Below the pieces are notes generated by a model that ran no database searches, was not told the DNA's origin, and saw only the letters and a list, made by a program, of their open reading frames with translations. The translations under genes were made by a program, and so were the position numbers. DNA of 64,000 nt from Candidatus Binatia bacterium (GTDB lineage: Bacteria > Desulfobacterota > Binatia > Bin18), in contig OY761159.2 in assembly GCA_963664395.2 (NCBI GenBank), forward strand, positions 3,936,001-4,000,000, in the 5' to 3' direction. Shown here piece after piece: positions 45,002 through 54,643 of this stretch (positions within the stretch are counted from its first letter, which is position 1; every line of letters starts with the position of its first letter).

Positions 45002-45034
45002 AAAAATCCCCCGTACAACCCTGTACGGGGGATT
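45002..45034 (-). terminator. Terminator after DUF1329
   Basis: AATCCCCCGTACA-4 nt-TGTACGGGGGATT followed by a T-run on the minus strand. Confidence 0.8.
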
Positions 45035-45068
45035 CTCCGAGTCACAACAGGGCAGGGGGCTGTGACGT

Positions 45069-46370
45069 TTAGCGAGCGCTCTGGATCAGGAAGTTCACGG
45101 TGAACGCCTCGGGCGTGTTCCATTCCTTGGCGGTATTGAAGTACCAGTCGTACTTCGGCACATAGTACTCGTCATACCCCGGAGGGCAGTCCCATTTGGA
45201 GCTGTGGGTAATCTGCATATCGACCACCTGACCGTTGTGGGTAAATACCTGTTCCTCGTCGTAATCTGCGGCAATATACTTCGGTGAGGGCTTCGTCGAG
45301 ATGTTCATGAGCTGAGTCCAGGTTTTCCAGATCTCACCACCCTGGTCATACGTCTCTGACCATGAGGTGTTGAAGTACTCTTTATCGAGGTAGATAATCC
45401 GCTTGGAGTAGGCATACTGGCTATACCCGGTCGGGATGCCTTCGACGACCCATACCGGCCGGCGTTCCCAGTTCACCGAGTCTGACCACAGCATGGAGGT
45501 CACACCGCTGCGGCCGTCCGGTGCAGCAGCCCATACTTCACGATCTTGATAATGGCCGGAGTGGGCAGACATGAGGGTCTCTTTCTCGGCCAAGATGCGC
45601 CAGGTCCAGTATCCGGGCTTGGCGTTGAAGCCCCAAATCGAGTCGATATCGATGTCCGTGCCCCAGAAGGCGTCCGAGCGGTTCGCCACGCTGATACGAC
45701 GCACGCGGCGCAGCTCAGGCAGATACATATACGAGTCGTCCGGATTTTCGAGCGGGGTATACCGGAAGTTCAGCACCCCAGCGCCCTTCAGATCGTTTGG
45801 GGCGTACATCGGGCCCCATTGTTCCGTATAGGTAATCTGTGGGTTAAACGGCGCGAGCGGCTTCGGGTCCATGTGCAGCCGACCTTCCCACTTCATACGC
45901 CGCCAGAAGTGCGATGCGTAGAAGCGTTCCATCTCGCCCTTGTAGTTCACAAGCTCCATAATCCAGGGGCAGCCCACGTTATCCGTGAAATCCGGAAAGT
46001 ACTCGTGGTTCCACATCGCCTTGGCACCACCGAGCGGATCGTTGACGTCGATGCTGGGAAACGGGCACCCGGCGACGTAGTTGAACATCTGCCGACCATC
46101 TTCTGTCAACTGCACCTGGCCGGCAAATTTTTCTGTGGCCTCTGCGTACACCCTGGGCCATTCATACTTGCGGTACTCGATGACCTTCATGCTCATGCCT
46201 TGGTTGATCATCCAGTTTGCGGTTGGATTGAGGACATCGGCAGCCTGAGCCATATTACTCTTATCGACGACATCACCTGCTTGAGGGAAGTCAGCGGCGG
46301 ATGCTGGGACCACCCAGCTTACTACCGCCGCGCATGCGATCGCGGCAAAAAAATGTACTTTCAGCTTCAT
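45069..46370 (-). CDS. DUF1329-family periplasmic protein (LolA-like fold predicted)
   Basis: Sec signal (ASA); PFP, KAMWN, YLPELRRVRR, YSKRIIYLDKE and YDQGGEIWK motifs. Confidence 0.88.
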   Translation of the reverse strand: MKLKVHFFAAIACAAVVSWVVPASAADFPQAGDVVDKSNMAQAADVLNPTANWMINQGMSMKVIEYRKYEWPRVYAEATEKFAGQVQLTEDGRQMFNYVAGCPFPSIDVNDPLGGAKAMWNHEYFPDFTDNVGCPWIMELVNYKGEMERFYASHFWRRMKWEGRLHMDPKPLAPFNPQITYTEQWGPMYAPNDLKGAGVLNFRYTPLENPDDSYMYLPELRRVRRISVANRSDAFWGTDIDIDSIWGFNAKPGYWTWRILAEKETLMSAHSGHYQDREVWAAAPDGRSGVTSMLWSDSVNWERRPVWVVEGIPTGYSQYAYSKRIIYLDKEYFNTSWSETYDQGGEIWKTWTQLMNISTKPSPKYIAADYDEEQVFTHNGQVVDMQITHSSKWDCPPGYDEYYVPKYDWYFNTAKEWNTPEAFTVNFLIQSAR

Positions 46371-46517
46371 ATAGAAGCCTCCTTTCGAGAGCCCCTGCCC
46401 TTAGTGAAATTTCCGACCTTCCAACTGTATATGAAGTACGGGGGCAACGATCAATAGCTCAGCGGCAGGTTTTTTTCTACTACTGCGGAAGGGGAGGAAG
46501 GAAATGCCTTTTGCAAT

Positions 46518-46554
46518 CCTCTTATAGAAGGTGTTTTTGTAGTCCTATAAGAGG
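46518..46554. promoter_or_regulatory. Inverted repeat, candidate operator upstream of DUF1329
   Basis: CCTCTTATAG-N17-CTATAAGAGG. Confidence 0.45.
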
Positions 46555-46559
46555 TATTT

Positions 46560-47186
46560 TTAGGAAGACGGGTCAATGGCAAATCCTTGGCTTGGGGTTG
46601 GGGGTGCGAGGGGGTGTTCGGTTGGTGTGTCCGAGGCCAGACCGGCTTCACGGAGCAGCCGCGCAAGAGCGGCAAGAGCATCCGAGACCGAACGCTGCGC
46701 CTCTAGCAGCTCCTCGTTTGCCCGAGAGAGCTGAATATAGTCCTGTCGTTCAACGGCATCAACGACCGACACCAGAGCAAATTCATGGGCGCGCCAGGAT
46801 TCGATATAGCCTTGATGTACCTGCGCCAGGGCCGGGGACTTTGGTTCATAGCGCTCTAATTCGACGACATACTCCCGGGCGATCCCGATCGCCGGGCGCA
46901 TAGTTTCTAGCACAAAGTCATCATGAACGAACTGATCTTCTCTGGCGCTTGCAATCGCGTTATTAATTTTTGCTTCGGTAGCCGCCCATAAGCGGGCCTG
47001 GTCCATATAGGTGGTGAGTTCGCCCTGGACGTTCACTTCTTCGACCTGACATGCAGACAGCAGGGCGATCCCGGCAAAAAAACCGAGCAATATCGGCCAC
47101 GGTTGCCCGCGTGTCCAGATTGGCCGCCACCAAGTTCGCGGCCAGTCCAAAGCTGAACAGCGGCTATGAGTTTTCTTCCTGGGCAC
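46560..47186 (-). CDS. Hypothetical helical lipoprotein
   Basis: Lipobox LSAC and amphipathic helices; overlaps the end of DUF4340. Confidence 0.7.
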   Translation of the reverse strand: MPRKKTHSRCSALDWPRTWWRPIWTRGQPWPILLGFFAGIALLSACQVEEVNVQGELTTYMDQARLWAATEAKINNAIASAREDQFVHDDFVLETMRPAIGIAREYVVELERYEPKSPALAQVHQGYIESWRAHEFALVSVVDAVERQDYIQLSRANEELLEAQRSVSDALAALARLLREAGLASDTPTEHPLAPPTPSQGFAIDPSS

Positions 47187-47760
47187 GTTGAGTCACCTGA
47201 AAAATAAGCTCTTCGTAATACTTGACATTGTATCCCAAGAGAACAACTTCGGGAGAGCCGTCTTTGCGTGCATATACGGCCGTTTTTGTCGGATTATAAC
47301 TCCCGATAAAAACCGTTTCTTTGCCCTGCTGTCCATTGCCTTCAATGACAATGGTCGAAGTCGGTGGGGCAAGGCCATACGCAGCAAGGTTGTCCGGGGC
47401 CTCGTGAACGATGGGGACTTTTCTGTTCGGGGTGAGATTTTCAATAAAACTGATCACGAGCGCAGAGGTGACCGGTGCCCCTGACGGCTCAAGGGTCCGC
47501 CACTCCGCCTGAGTCTCACCCGGCCGCGCCGCGCTGCGCTGCGAGGTGAAGGTGTGACCCTGGCGCTGGATGGAGAGTTTATGAATTGTGTCCCGTTTCA
47601 TCACCAGAAAAGTGCTCTCCTGGACTGGACGCGGTTCAAAAATGGGCGCATCGGGACCACCCGGACGCCACTCAAAGAGGAGATAGTATCCCCCGAGTAC
47701 AACGGCAAGAACGTAATATATGCCAATGCGTTTCCACGTCATCCGCGGTACCTCCGCCAC
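47164..47760 (-). CDS. DUF4340 domain protein
   Basis: N-terminal TM; LAAYGLAPP and IGSYNP...YAR motifs; follows the GldG-like gene. Confidence 0.78.
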   Translation of the reverse strand: MAEVPRMTWKRIGIYYVLAVVLGGYYLLFEWRPGGPDAPIFEPRPVQESTFLVMKRDTIHKLSIQRQGHTFTSQRSAARPGETQAEWRTLEPSGAPVTSALVISFIENLTPNRKVPIVHEAPDNLAAYGLAPPTSTIVIEGNGQQGKETVFIGSYNPTKTAVYARKDGSPEVVLLGYNVKYYEELIFQVTQRAQEENS

Positions 47761-49103
47761 GTAAAGATGCCTACCCCGAGTAGCAAGAAGGAGCCTGGCA
47801 GGACGACGGTGCTCGTCACAAGAACGGTTTGGATTTGATCCGAGGTCAGAAAGAGTTGATTGACGCCTGACTGCTGCGTCTCAGGTCTGGCTGCCATTTG
47901 GCCGGGGTCCTCAGCCAACCAATTCACCGCATTGATAAAGAGGTCTTTATTACCGCCCTGTTCCACCAGGGTATTATTGACGAAATCAGCATCGCCGAAC
48001 ACCACAATACGTCCAAACGCCTCCCCAGTCTGCACCAGCATCTCGCCGGCGATGGGAATTGGGCCACGAAAATCTTGTTCCTCATCAAACTTTCTAATTC
48101 CGGTTCGCGGAATGTTTTCCGGCTCACTGGCCCAGCCCTGGGGCGAGGTGGCAAGAATGGCTTGGGCGCTCAACCCCCTTTTTTCATCCGACTCCATATC
48201 GACCATGCCGGCCAGTGAAAAAATTGGCGGCGCATTGACAGAGCGGACCATCGGGTGTGGTTTGTTTGTTGCTGAGGCGCGGAACGTCAACATCTCGCCT
48301 GCAAACAGGCGCTTGGTGGGATCGACTGCAATGAGGCGCGGAAGGGAAATTCCATACCGCTCAAGAAAAGTGCTGAACGAAGGTGAGCTGTCCGGGTCCA
48401 GTAAGACAAAGAGGGCACCGCCACGCTGAATATACGCCTCGATCGCTTCCAGCTCAAAGGGCAAAAACTTTGCCTTTGGGCCAAAGACGACAACAACCGT
48501 CGCATCGTCCGGCACAGCACCGCTCTCTCCGAGCGAGAGGGTTTTCTCGTCATAAAACTCGTCAACGAGGGCTCCGCGCAGCCTAGTATAGCCCCTCGTT
48601 GGGGACGCATCGCCGAGAGATGCTTCCCCATGTCCGGTGAGAAAATAGATAATCTTGTCTCCCGGCGCACGCGAGACCTGGAGCAAGGCGGTAATGGCTG
48701 AGGATTCACCCCTGCCGAGCAGGGTGCCTTTGCGCAGACCCTCCGATTCGAATACCAGGGTCCCGTACTGGGTCGCTTGATATTCCCGTGCCAGGGCAGG
48801 ATTTCGATTGATATCAACAATCTTGTGGTGGAAGTGTGGCGACAGGGCGGCCATCCGACCCAGCATGTCCTCAATGAAGAAATTTTCGGGTCGATCACTG
48901 TGAATAAAGGCCGTCACCTGGACATCGCGTTTGAGGCTCGACACAACCTGCTGGGCGCGCGGCGACAGGGTAAACTTTTTTTGTTGGGTCAGATCAAGCC
49001 GTTGATTGTGTTCAATCAAGATGGACTGGACGGCAACGAGCAGTCCAAAGAAGCCCAGGGTGCCAAGCACAAGTTTAAACGTATTGCGGACAGTGGCATT
49101 CAT
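47739..49103 (-). CDS. GldG-family ABC transporter auxiliary component
   Basis: RLDLT...FTLS, YFLTGHGE, VVFGDADF and NAVNWL motifs with a C-terminal TM; alternative start at 49127. Confidence 0.88.
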   Translation of the reverse strand: MNATVRNTFKLVLGTLGFFGLLVAVQSILIEHNQRLDLTQQKKFTLSPRAQQVVSSLKRDVQVTAFIHSDRPENFFIEDMLGRMAALSPHFHHKIVDINRNPALAREYQATQYGTLVFESEGLRKGTLLGRGESSAITALLQVSRAPGDKIIYFLTGHGEASLGDASPTRGYTRLRGALVDEFYDEKTLSLGESGAVPDDATVVVVFGPKAKFLPFELEAIEAYIQRGGALFVLLDPDSSPSFSTFLERYGISLPRLIAVDPTKRLFAGEMLTFRASATNKPHPMVRSVNAPPIFSLAGMVDMESDEKRGLSAQAILATSPQGWASEPENIPRTGIRKFDEEQDFRGPIPIAGEMLVQTGEAFGRIVVFGDADFVNNTLVEQGGNKDLFINAVNWLAEDPGQMAARPETQQSGVNQLFLTSDQIQTVLVTSTVVLPGSFLLLGVGIFTWRRYRG

Positions 49104-49108
49104 CGGAT

Positions 49109-49858
49109 TCACCGGCGTCCTTTCCACTGTCGTGCTTCCAGAGAGCGGAGGGTGAGAAAACTGAAAAAGATAATAAACATCAGAAAGAAAGTGATTTCTT
49201 TTGAATCGACTAAGCCGCGCGCAAAGTTCTGAAAATGTGTGACCATGGAGACGGAGGCAATCGTGCTGATGAGCCCGAATTGGGTTGCGCCGTCATTCCA
49301 ACTGAGAATCCAGAAAAAGAGGAGCACGCCGAGGGAGCCCAAGCCCGCGACGACAATGTTATCCGTGAGCGACGAAATAAACAGGCCACAGGCAATAAAC
49401 GATAGTGCGAGCATCACCAGGCCGAGATAGCCAGGCACGACCAGCGTCCAGTTGAACGGCTGCAGGGTAAACATCAACACGGGATAGATGAGGGTAAACG
49501 ACAGCATAAACAAGGTGGCAATAGCGCACGCAACAAATTTCCCCCAGAAGAGATCGGTATCGCGCATCGGATAGGTGAGCAGCAGTTCGATCGTCCCGAG
49601 TCGCTTTTCTTCAGCGAACAGCCGCATGGTCAGGAAGGGCACGGTCAGCATAATAACCAAGCGCAGGTCGCTAAACATCAGCTGCCAAAAGTTTTCCATG
49701 ATATTGAGGCCGAAGCCAAATTGGACATAGAAAACCAGATCGGTGTAAAAATAGTAGCCGCTCAGCAAGAGGAAGACCGCAGAGATCATGTAAATAAACG
49801 GCGACAGAAAGTAGGAACGTAACTCTTTGCTCAGGACGGCCGAGAAGTTCACGAACAT
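49109..49858 (-). CDS. ABC-2 permease (GldF-like)
   Basis: KELRSYFLSP and TMRLFAEEKRLGTIELLLT motifs. Confidence 0.9.
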   Translation of the reverse strand: MFVNFSAVLSKELRSYFLSPFIYMISAVFLLLSGYYFYTDLVFYVQFGFGLNIMENFWQLMFSDLRLVIMLTVPFLTMRLFAEEKRLGTIELLLTYPMRDTDLFWGKFVACAIATLFMLSFTLIYPVLMFTLQPFNWTLVVPGYLGLVMLALSFIACGLFISSLTDNIVVAGLGSLGVLLFFWILSWNDGATQFGLISTIASVSMVTHFQNFARGLVDSKEITFFLMFIIFFSFLTLRSLEARQWKGRR

Positions 49859-49944
49859 ATGCCCACCTTAGTGTTACAAGGATGCCTTTCTCGCGATTTG
49901 CTACGCCTGATTGCTACGGTCCACGGACCGTGTGCTGTGACTAT

Positions 49945-50901
49945 TCACGCTGCCTCCTGCCGCTCTTCTCCGGTCAACCGGACAAAGAGAGATTCGAGAT
50001 CAAGCGTGATTGGTCTGAGTTCATGCAGCGCCCAGCCGTTATTGATAACGACATGTGCAATCTCGCGGGCGATGTCTTTATTTGAGGAACGAACCGTAAA
50101 AACATTGCGCTCCTGGTGCTCTTGCCCGATGCCGGCTTGCTGTGTGACCTGACTGACTTCATTGAGTGTGCGCAGAGCAGCCAGAATGTCTTGACCGGGT
50201 CCGCCCACTCGGACCAGCACGCTTGCTGTGCCCTGGACTCGCTCGCTCAGGCGTTCTGTGGTGTCCTCGGCAATGATACGACCCCTGTCGATAATGACCA
50301 CCCGTTTACAGGTCAATTCCACTTCGTGCAGAATATGACTTGACAGCAGGATGGTTGCTTTACCCGCAAGGCCCTTGATCAACTCTCGCATGTCGATCAC
50401 TTGGTTCGGATCAAGTCCGACGGTTGGTTCATCTAAAATGAGGACCTCGGGCGCACCCAGTAGTGCCTGGGCTAACCCCACCCGCTGGCGGTACCCCTTG
50501 GACAGCGTCCCCATTTGACGATGAGCCATATCCTCAAGCGAGCACTCGCTGAGGACGCGTTCGACATTGGTGCGCCGTTGTGACACTCCATTGATCTTGA
50601 TCCGGGCGCAGAAGTTCAGAAATGCTCGGACCGACATGTCCGGGTAGAGGACGACGTTTTCCGGCAGATAGCCCAGCCGGCTGCGGACTGCAAGCGAAGA
50701 CGTTGAGATGTCAAGCCCGGCCACTTGGACTGTCCCTTCAGTCGCCGGAAAAAATCCGGTCAGGATACGCATGAGCGTTGTTTTGCCCGAACCGTTTGGT
50801 CCGAGCAGGCCGACGATTTCCCCGCTCTTGACGTCAAAGGAAATCCGGTCAAGGGCGCAAACTCGCCCATAATATTTGGTAACGTTCCGAACTCCGATCA
50901 T
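49945..50901 (-). CDS. ABC transporter ATP-binding protein (GldA-like)
   Basis: GPNGSGKTT, LSKGYRQRVGLAQA and LDEPTVGLDP motifs. Confidence 0.92.
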   Translation of the reverse strand: MIGVRNVTKYYGRVCALDRISFDVKSGEIVGLLGPNGSGKTTLMRILTGFFPATEGTVQVAGLDISTSSLAVRSRLGYLPENVVLYPDMSVRAFLNFCARIKINGVSQRRTNVERVLSECSLEDMAHRQMGTLSKGYRQRVGLAQALLGAPEVLILDEPTVGLDPNQVIDMRELIKGLAGKATILLSSHILHEVELTCKRVVIIDRGRIIAEDTTERLSERVQGTASVLVRVGGPGQDILAALRTLNEVSQVTQQAGIGQEHQERNVFTVRSSNKDIAREIAHVVINNGWALHELRPITLDLESLFVRLTGEERQEAA

Positions 50902-50931
50902 AAAACCCCTACAAAAATCTTGTTGGCTAGG

Positions 50932-51131
50932 CTATGGCGGCGAGGGCGTGGTCAGTGCTGCGGGCGTCGCTTTTAATCCATCAATTTCGGCCTCAAGTTC
51001 CCGCTGGACCCGTTTCAGCTTGTTCACCTCAACCTCAAGTGTGTTGCGTGTTTTCGCAGCGCGGTCCCTGGCGTGGGTGAGATCCTTGTCGGCACCCTAG
51101 CAAAAAAGGCACTAGAGAGAAAGCCGCCAGC
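50932..51131 (-). pseudogene. Probable remnant of a coiled-coil lipoprotein gene
   Basis: Start-less 54-codon frame (GADKDLTHARDRAAKTRNTLEVEVNKLKRVQRELEAEIDGLK...), preceded in another frame by LAAFSLVPFLLGC. Confidence 0.4.
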
Positions 51132-51143
51132 TAGTCTGTAATG

Positions 51144-51179
51144 AGCGAGAGAGGTAACAGCCCTGTTACCTCTCTCGCT
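51144..51179. repeat. 17-bp inverted repeat after the DUF1329 remnant
   Basis: AGCGAGAGAGGTAACAG-CC-CTGTTACCTCTCTCGCT. Confidence 0.85.
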
Positions 51180-51190
51180 GGCTCGCAGGG

Positions 51191-51395
51191 TTAACGGGCG
51201 CTCTGAATCAGGAAGTTCACCGAGAATGCTTTGGCGGTATTAAATTCAATCGCCTCGTTGAAATATCACTCGTTGATCCAGTCTTCCTTCTTTGTCATAA
51301 CCGGACGGCGCATCCCACTTGCTGAAGTGGGCAAGCTGGAGGTCCATCTGCATCCCATGCGGAGTAAAGGCCCAGTCATCCGTGTAATTGTATGA
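51191..51395 (-). pseudogene. C-terminal remnant of a second DUF1329 paralog
   Basis: YNYTDDWAFTPHGMQMDLQLAHFSKWDAPSGY / frameshift / KKEDWINE*YFNEAIEFNTAKAFSVNFLIQSAR* aligns with the end of 45069..46370. Confidence 0.85.
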
Positions 51396-51461
51396 GGGCG
51401 GCATAGCCAGGGGAATAGTCTCTTTCAGTTCTTCTCCACAAATTTTTCAGGGACAAAACGG

Positions 51462-53894
51462 TTAAGGCACGGATTCGGCTGCATGCGCCGTGACAAAGCG
51501 CGGCTTAAAGAGCGCGACCAGAACGGGTAAGAGCGTCATGGTCGCCAGGAAACTTACCCCCATCCAGAGGGCGAGCAGCAGCCCCATCTCTGCGCTGAAG
51601 CGGAGGCTGGACATAGTCCAAAACAGCGTCCCGAGGATCATGGTCAGCGCGGTAAAGGTCACTGCTTTCCCGGACGTTGCGAGCGCCGTCCGTACCGCGT
51701 CATCCAGCCCTGTACCCAGCCGGTGTTCTTCGATAATACGGCTCACAATATACAGGGCATAGTCGATGCCAAATCCGACTCCGACAGTGACCACCGGAAG
51801 CGTATGGATATTAATGCCAATATCACGGGCACCCATATACGCGTTAATAACGGCATTTGCTACGAGCAGAGGGATAATCATATACACCCCGGCCATGACC
51901 GAGCGGTAGGTGATGACCAGGACTAAGAAGATGGTGCCGAAACCAAGAACGTTGACCAGAATATCATTCCGAAACAGCTCTTCGTTGGCAGCGGCTAACA
52001 CGCCAATAGGGCCACCGGCGAGCCGGAACTGCGCAACGTCACTGGGATGGGCAGCGATATACTCGCGGGCCCGCTGAATAACCCGCCGAATGGTCTCCCC
52101 CCGATGGTCGGTCATAAAGAAGCGGATGGGCGCGGAGCGATAGCGGTGATCAATAACCTGCGCGCTTTCCTGGAATGAGGTGCCGAAGAAGTAAGATGCG
52201 AGCAGAAGCTGCACTTCACTCTTGCGTCGGGGGAGAACCTCCCATTTGGGCTCTTGTTCATGAATGGCCCCGTTTACGACAGACAAAATATCCACAAATG
52301 AGAAGCTCAACCCTACCGATGGGTCGCGTTCGAGGTAGCGCTGAAAGTGTTCGATCCAGGGCAGGACCTCAGGGCTTGCCAGCGAAGGCTCTTGGCTTTG
52401 TTGGCGAAATCGGTCCAGCGCACTCATGCCTGTGCCTGCATCTGCGGCCTCTTCTTTTTTCTCAGGCTCCTTGCGTTCGACCACAACCATGAGCTGCTCG
52501 ACCCCGCCGAATGTGTCCTGAATGCGGGCATGGGCGGTATTGTGCGGGGAGTCTCGGTACAGGAGCGGGGTCGCCGCGGTCGGATCACCAATTACCAGGT
52601 TTTGCCAGTAGTAGACGCTTACGACCAAAACCATAGCCCAACCGGCCAAAGTGATGCCTTTGCCTACGGGAGAGACGAGAACCTGGGCGATTGAGGAAAT
52701 GATCCGTTTGAAGGGTCCGGTTTCGCGCCGTTCAACGACTCGGATGTCAGGTGCACGCAGGTAGTGGTACACGATCGGGTTCAGCAAGAGCTCGCTCACG
52801 GTAATGGCGAGAATCCAGACGGCCGCACTAATGGCGAGCTTCTGCAAGAGCACGATGGGCACGAACAAGATCACGAGCAGACCCAGGGCATCAGTCAGGA
52901 TACCTGAGAGCGTTGGAACAAAGAGTTCGGCGAATGAGGCAATAATAGCCGGCTCTTTTTGCCAATTCGCCTTGCGATATTCCTCATAATAGCGTTCATG
53001 CATCTGGACGGAGTGACTGACCGCTCGGGCGGTAATAAAGAACGGAATGACGAGGGTGAGTGGGTCTAGGCTGAAGCCTATCATCTTGATAAAGCCCAAC
53101 CCCCAAATGGCTGAGATAACACCGGTCAGTGTGGGCCGGAGTGCCCCTCGGATATCGTGAAAGTACCAATACAGCAGCAGCCACATCAGCGCGGTCGTAG
53201 CCAAAAAAATGACGTAGACCTGCTTGGCATAGAAATACACCCAGCCGTACAGGGCCGGTTGGCCCGCCATATGAATACGCGTGTTGTCATCTTCATAGGG
53301 TTCAACGACAGAGCGCTGGACTTCTTCAAACAGCCGCCGATAGTTGAGTCGCTGCTCGATAAAGGTGGCATTCAGCAGGGCGGCCTTCTCATCCAGCGAA
53401 ACGAGCACGCCGTATAAATTGCGCGAGGAATGTACGATGCGGCGCACGCGCTCAACTTCTTCCTGGGTCTCAGGTGCCCGTCCCATGACAGGTTCGACTT
53501 CCTGCATACCTCCACTTTTCATGATCACGCGGCGGTTGGTCCGGTGGGCAATGGAGTTGACCAATTCATTATTCACGCCATACACCCGCTCCAATGCCTG
53601 GGTCATGTTGAAAATCTTGGTCAACGTGTCTTGATTGAAGATGGTGCCTTCTTGGACCTCCAGCATCAGCATGATGGTGTTGGCCCCGCCAAAGGTAGGT
53701 GCGTACGCTTTATGGACCTGAATGAAAGGGTGGTTCTCGGGCAGTTGTTCGTCGAAGCGGGTGACTAAGTCAAGCCGAACGGCAAATGAGGCAAAAACCA
53801 GGGTAGCGACAACAACGAGCAGCAAAACAAGCTTACGCCGTGCAATAATCTGCCCCCCCAGCGTATACAAATAACCGCGCTCTTCAGTGCTCAT
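51462..53894 (-). CDS. RND/MMPL-family transporter (copy 2)
   Basis: Paralog of 41212..43602; shares ARAVSHSVQMHERYYEEYRK and GVGFGIDYALYIVSR. Confidence 0.9.
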   Translation of the reverse strand: MSTEERGYLYTLGGQIIARRKLVLLLVVVATLVFASFAVRLDLVTRFDEQLPENHPFIQVHKAYAPTFGGANTIMLMLEVQEGTIFNQDTLTKIFNMTQALERVYGVNNELVNSIAHRTNRRVIMKSGGMQEVEPVMGRAPETQEEVERVRRIVHSSRNLYGVLVSLDEKAALLNATFIEQRLNYRRLFEEVQRSVVEPYEDDNTRIHMAGQPALYGWVYFYAKQVYVIFLATTALMWLLLYWYFHDIRGALRPTLTGVISAIWGLGFIKMIGFSLDPLTLVIPFFITARAVSHSVQMHERYYEEYRKANWQKEPAIIASFAELFVPTLSGILTDALGLLVILFVPIVLLQKLAISAAVWILAITVSELLLNPIVYHYLRAPDIRVVERRETGPFKRIISSIAQVLVSPVGKGITLAGWAMVLVVSVYYWQNLVIGDPTAATPLLYRDSPHNTAHARIQDTFGGVEQLMVVVERKEPEKKEEAADAGTGMSALDRFRQQSQEPSLASPEVLPWIEHFQRYLERDPSVGLSFSFVDILSVVNGAIHEQEPKWEVLPRRKSEVQLLLASYFFGTSFQESAQVIDHRYRSAPIRFFMTDHRGETIRRVIQRAREYIAAHPSDVAQFRLAGGPIGVLAAANEELFRNDILVNVLGFGTIFLVLVITYRSVMAGVYMIIPLLVANAVINAYMGARDIGINIHTLPVVTVGVGFGIDYALYIVSRIIEEHRLGTGLDDAVRTALATSGKAVTFTALTMILGTLFWTMSSLRFSAEMGLLLALWMGVSFLATMTLLPVLVALFKPRFVTAHAAESVP

Positions 53895-53989
53895 GCCGCC
53901 CCCTTTTTGCGTTGCACTGTGGTCCTGCCGGATGCCGGCTAATAGATAGTGTCTCCCCAGACGGTCAAAACGTCAGCGCTCCTTTGGGC

Positions 53990-54643
53990 TTACTGTTTCC
54001 CCTGTTTACGCTCAAGTAATCCGCCAATAATCGCTTCGATGTTCTCAGGAGAGAGGTCGCTCACCCGTATCCACCCGTCTACGATCATGGTCGGGACGCC
54101 CTCAATATGATAGCTGTCCCCCAGGGCAATGGTTGCTTCAAGCTCAGCCTTCCCCCCGTCTGCATCGAGCTGGCTCAGGAGCAGTTCGGGATCGAGGCCA
54201 ATGCGGTGGGCGACATGGGCGATGCCGTCTCGACTGCCAGTATTAATATTTTCCTCAAAACGCGCCTGAAACAGCGCGCGCTGCATCTCTTCACTCAACC
54301 CCAATTCGTGAGAGATCGCATATGCCCGGGCTGGAATTTGAGAAGACGCGTGGACAACCGGGACCGCGCGAAAGCGGATGTCCAGCTTGTTTGGATATTT
54401 TTGCTTGAGTGTGGGGATGAGTGTGGAGAAGACAGCGTAGCAATGTGAACACAGAAAATCCTCAAAGACGGTCAGTACGATCTTTTCTGATACCGTTCCC
54501 TCCGGAGCCCGCCGTACGAAAGAAAAGGCGCCTGATAAAGAGAGATACCGATCCATCAGGTCAGGTGTGGGCCGGCCCTGTGGCGGGAACGCGATACCGA
54601 CGAGGAGGAAGCTCAGAAGAAAAGAGAGGGTTCTGAAGACCAT
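53990..54643 (-). CDS. DsbA-family thiol:disulfide oxidoreductase
   Basis: Signal/TM, FEDFLCSHC and GVPT; start chosen from the upstream TTGCAA-17-TATGAT promoter. Confidence 0.82.
   Translation of the reverse strand: MVFRTLSFLLSFLLVGIAFPPQGRPTPDLMDRYLSLSGAFSFVRRAPEGTVSEKIVLTVFEDFLCSHCYAVFSTLIPTLKQKYPNKLDIRFRAVPVVHASSQIPARAYAISHELGLSEEMQRALFQARFEENINTGSRDGIAHVAHRIGLDPELLLSQLDADGGKAELEATIALGDSYHIEGVPTMIVDGWIRVSDLSPENIEAIIGGLLERKQGKQ

Noticed and set aside
47739-50901. Gld genes as gliding motility machinery
   Set aside because: No T9SS or other gld/spr genes are present, and this ABC family is widespread in non-gliders.
51266-51268. TGA in the DUF1329 remnant as a second selenocysteine
   Set aside because: It aligns with Trp rather than Cys, and lies beside a frameshift in a truncated fragment.
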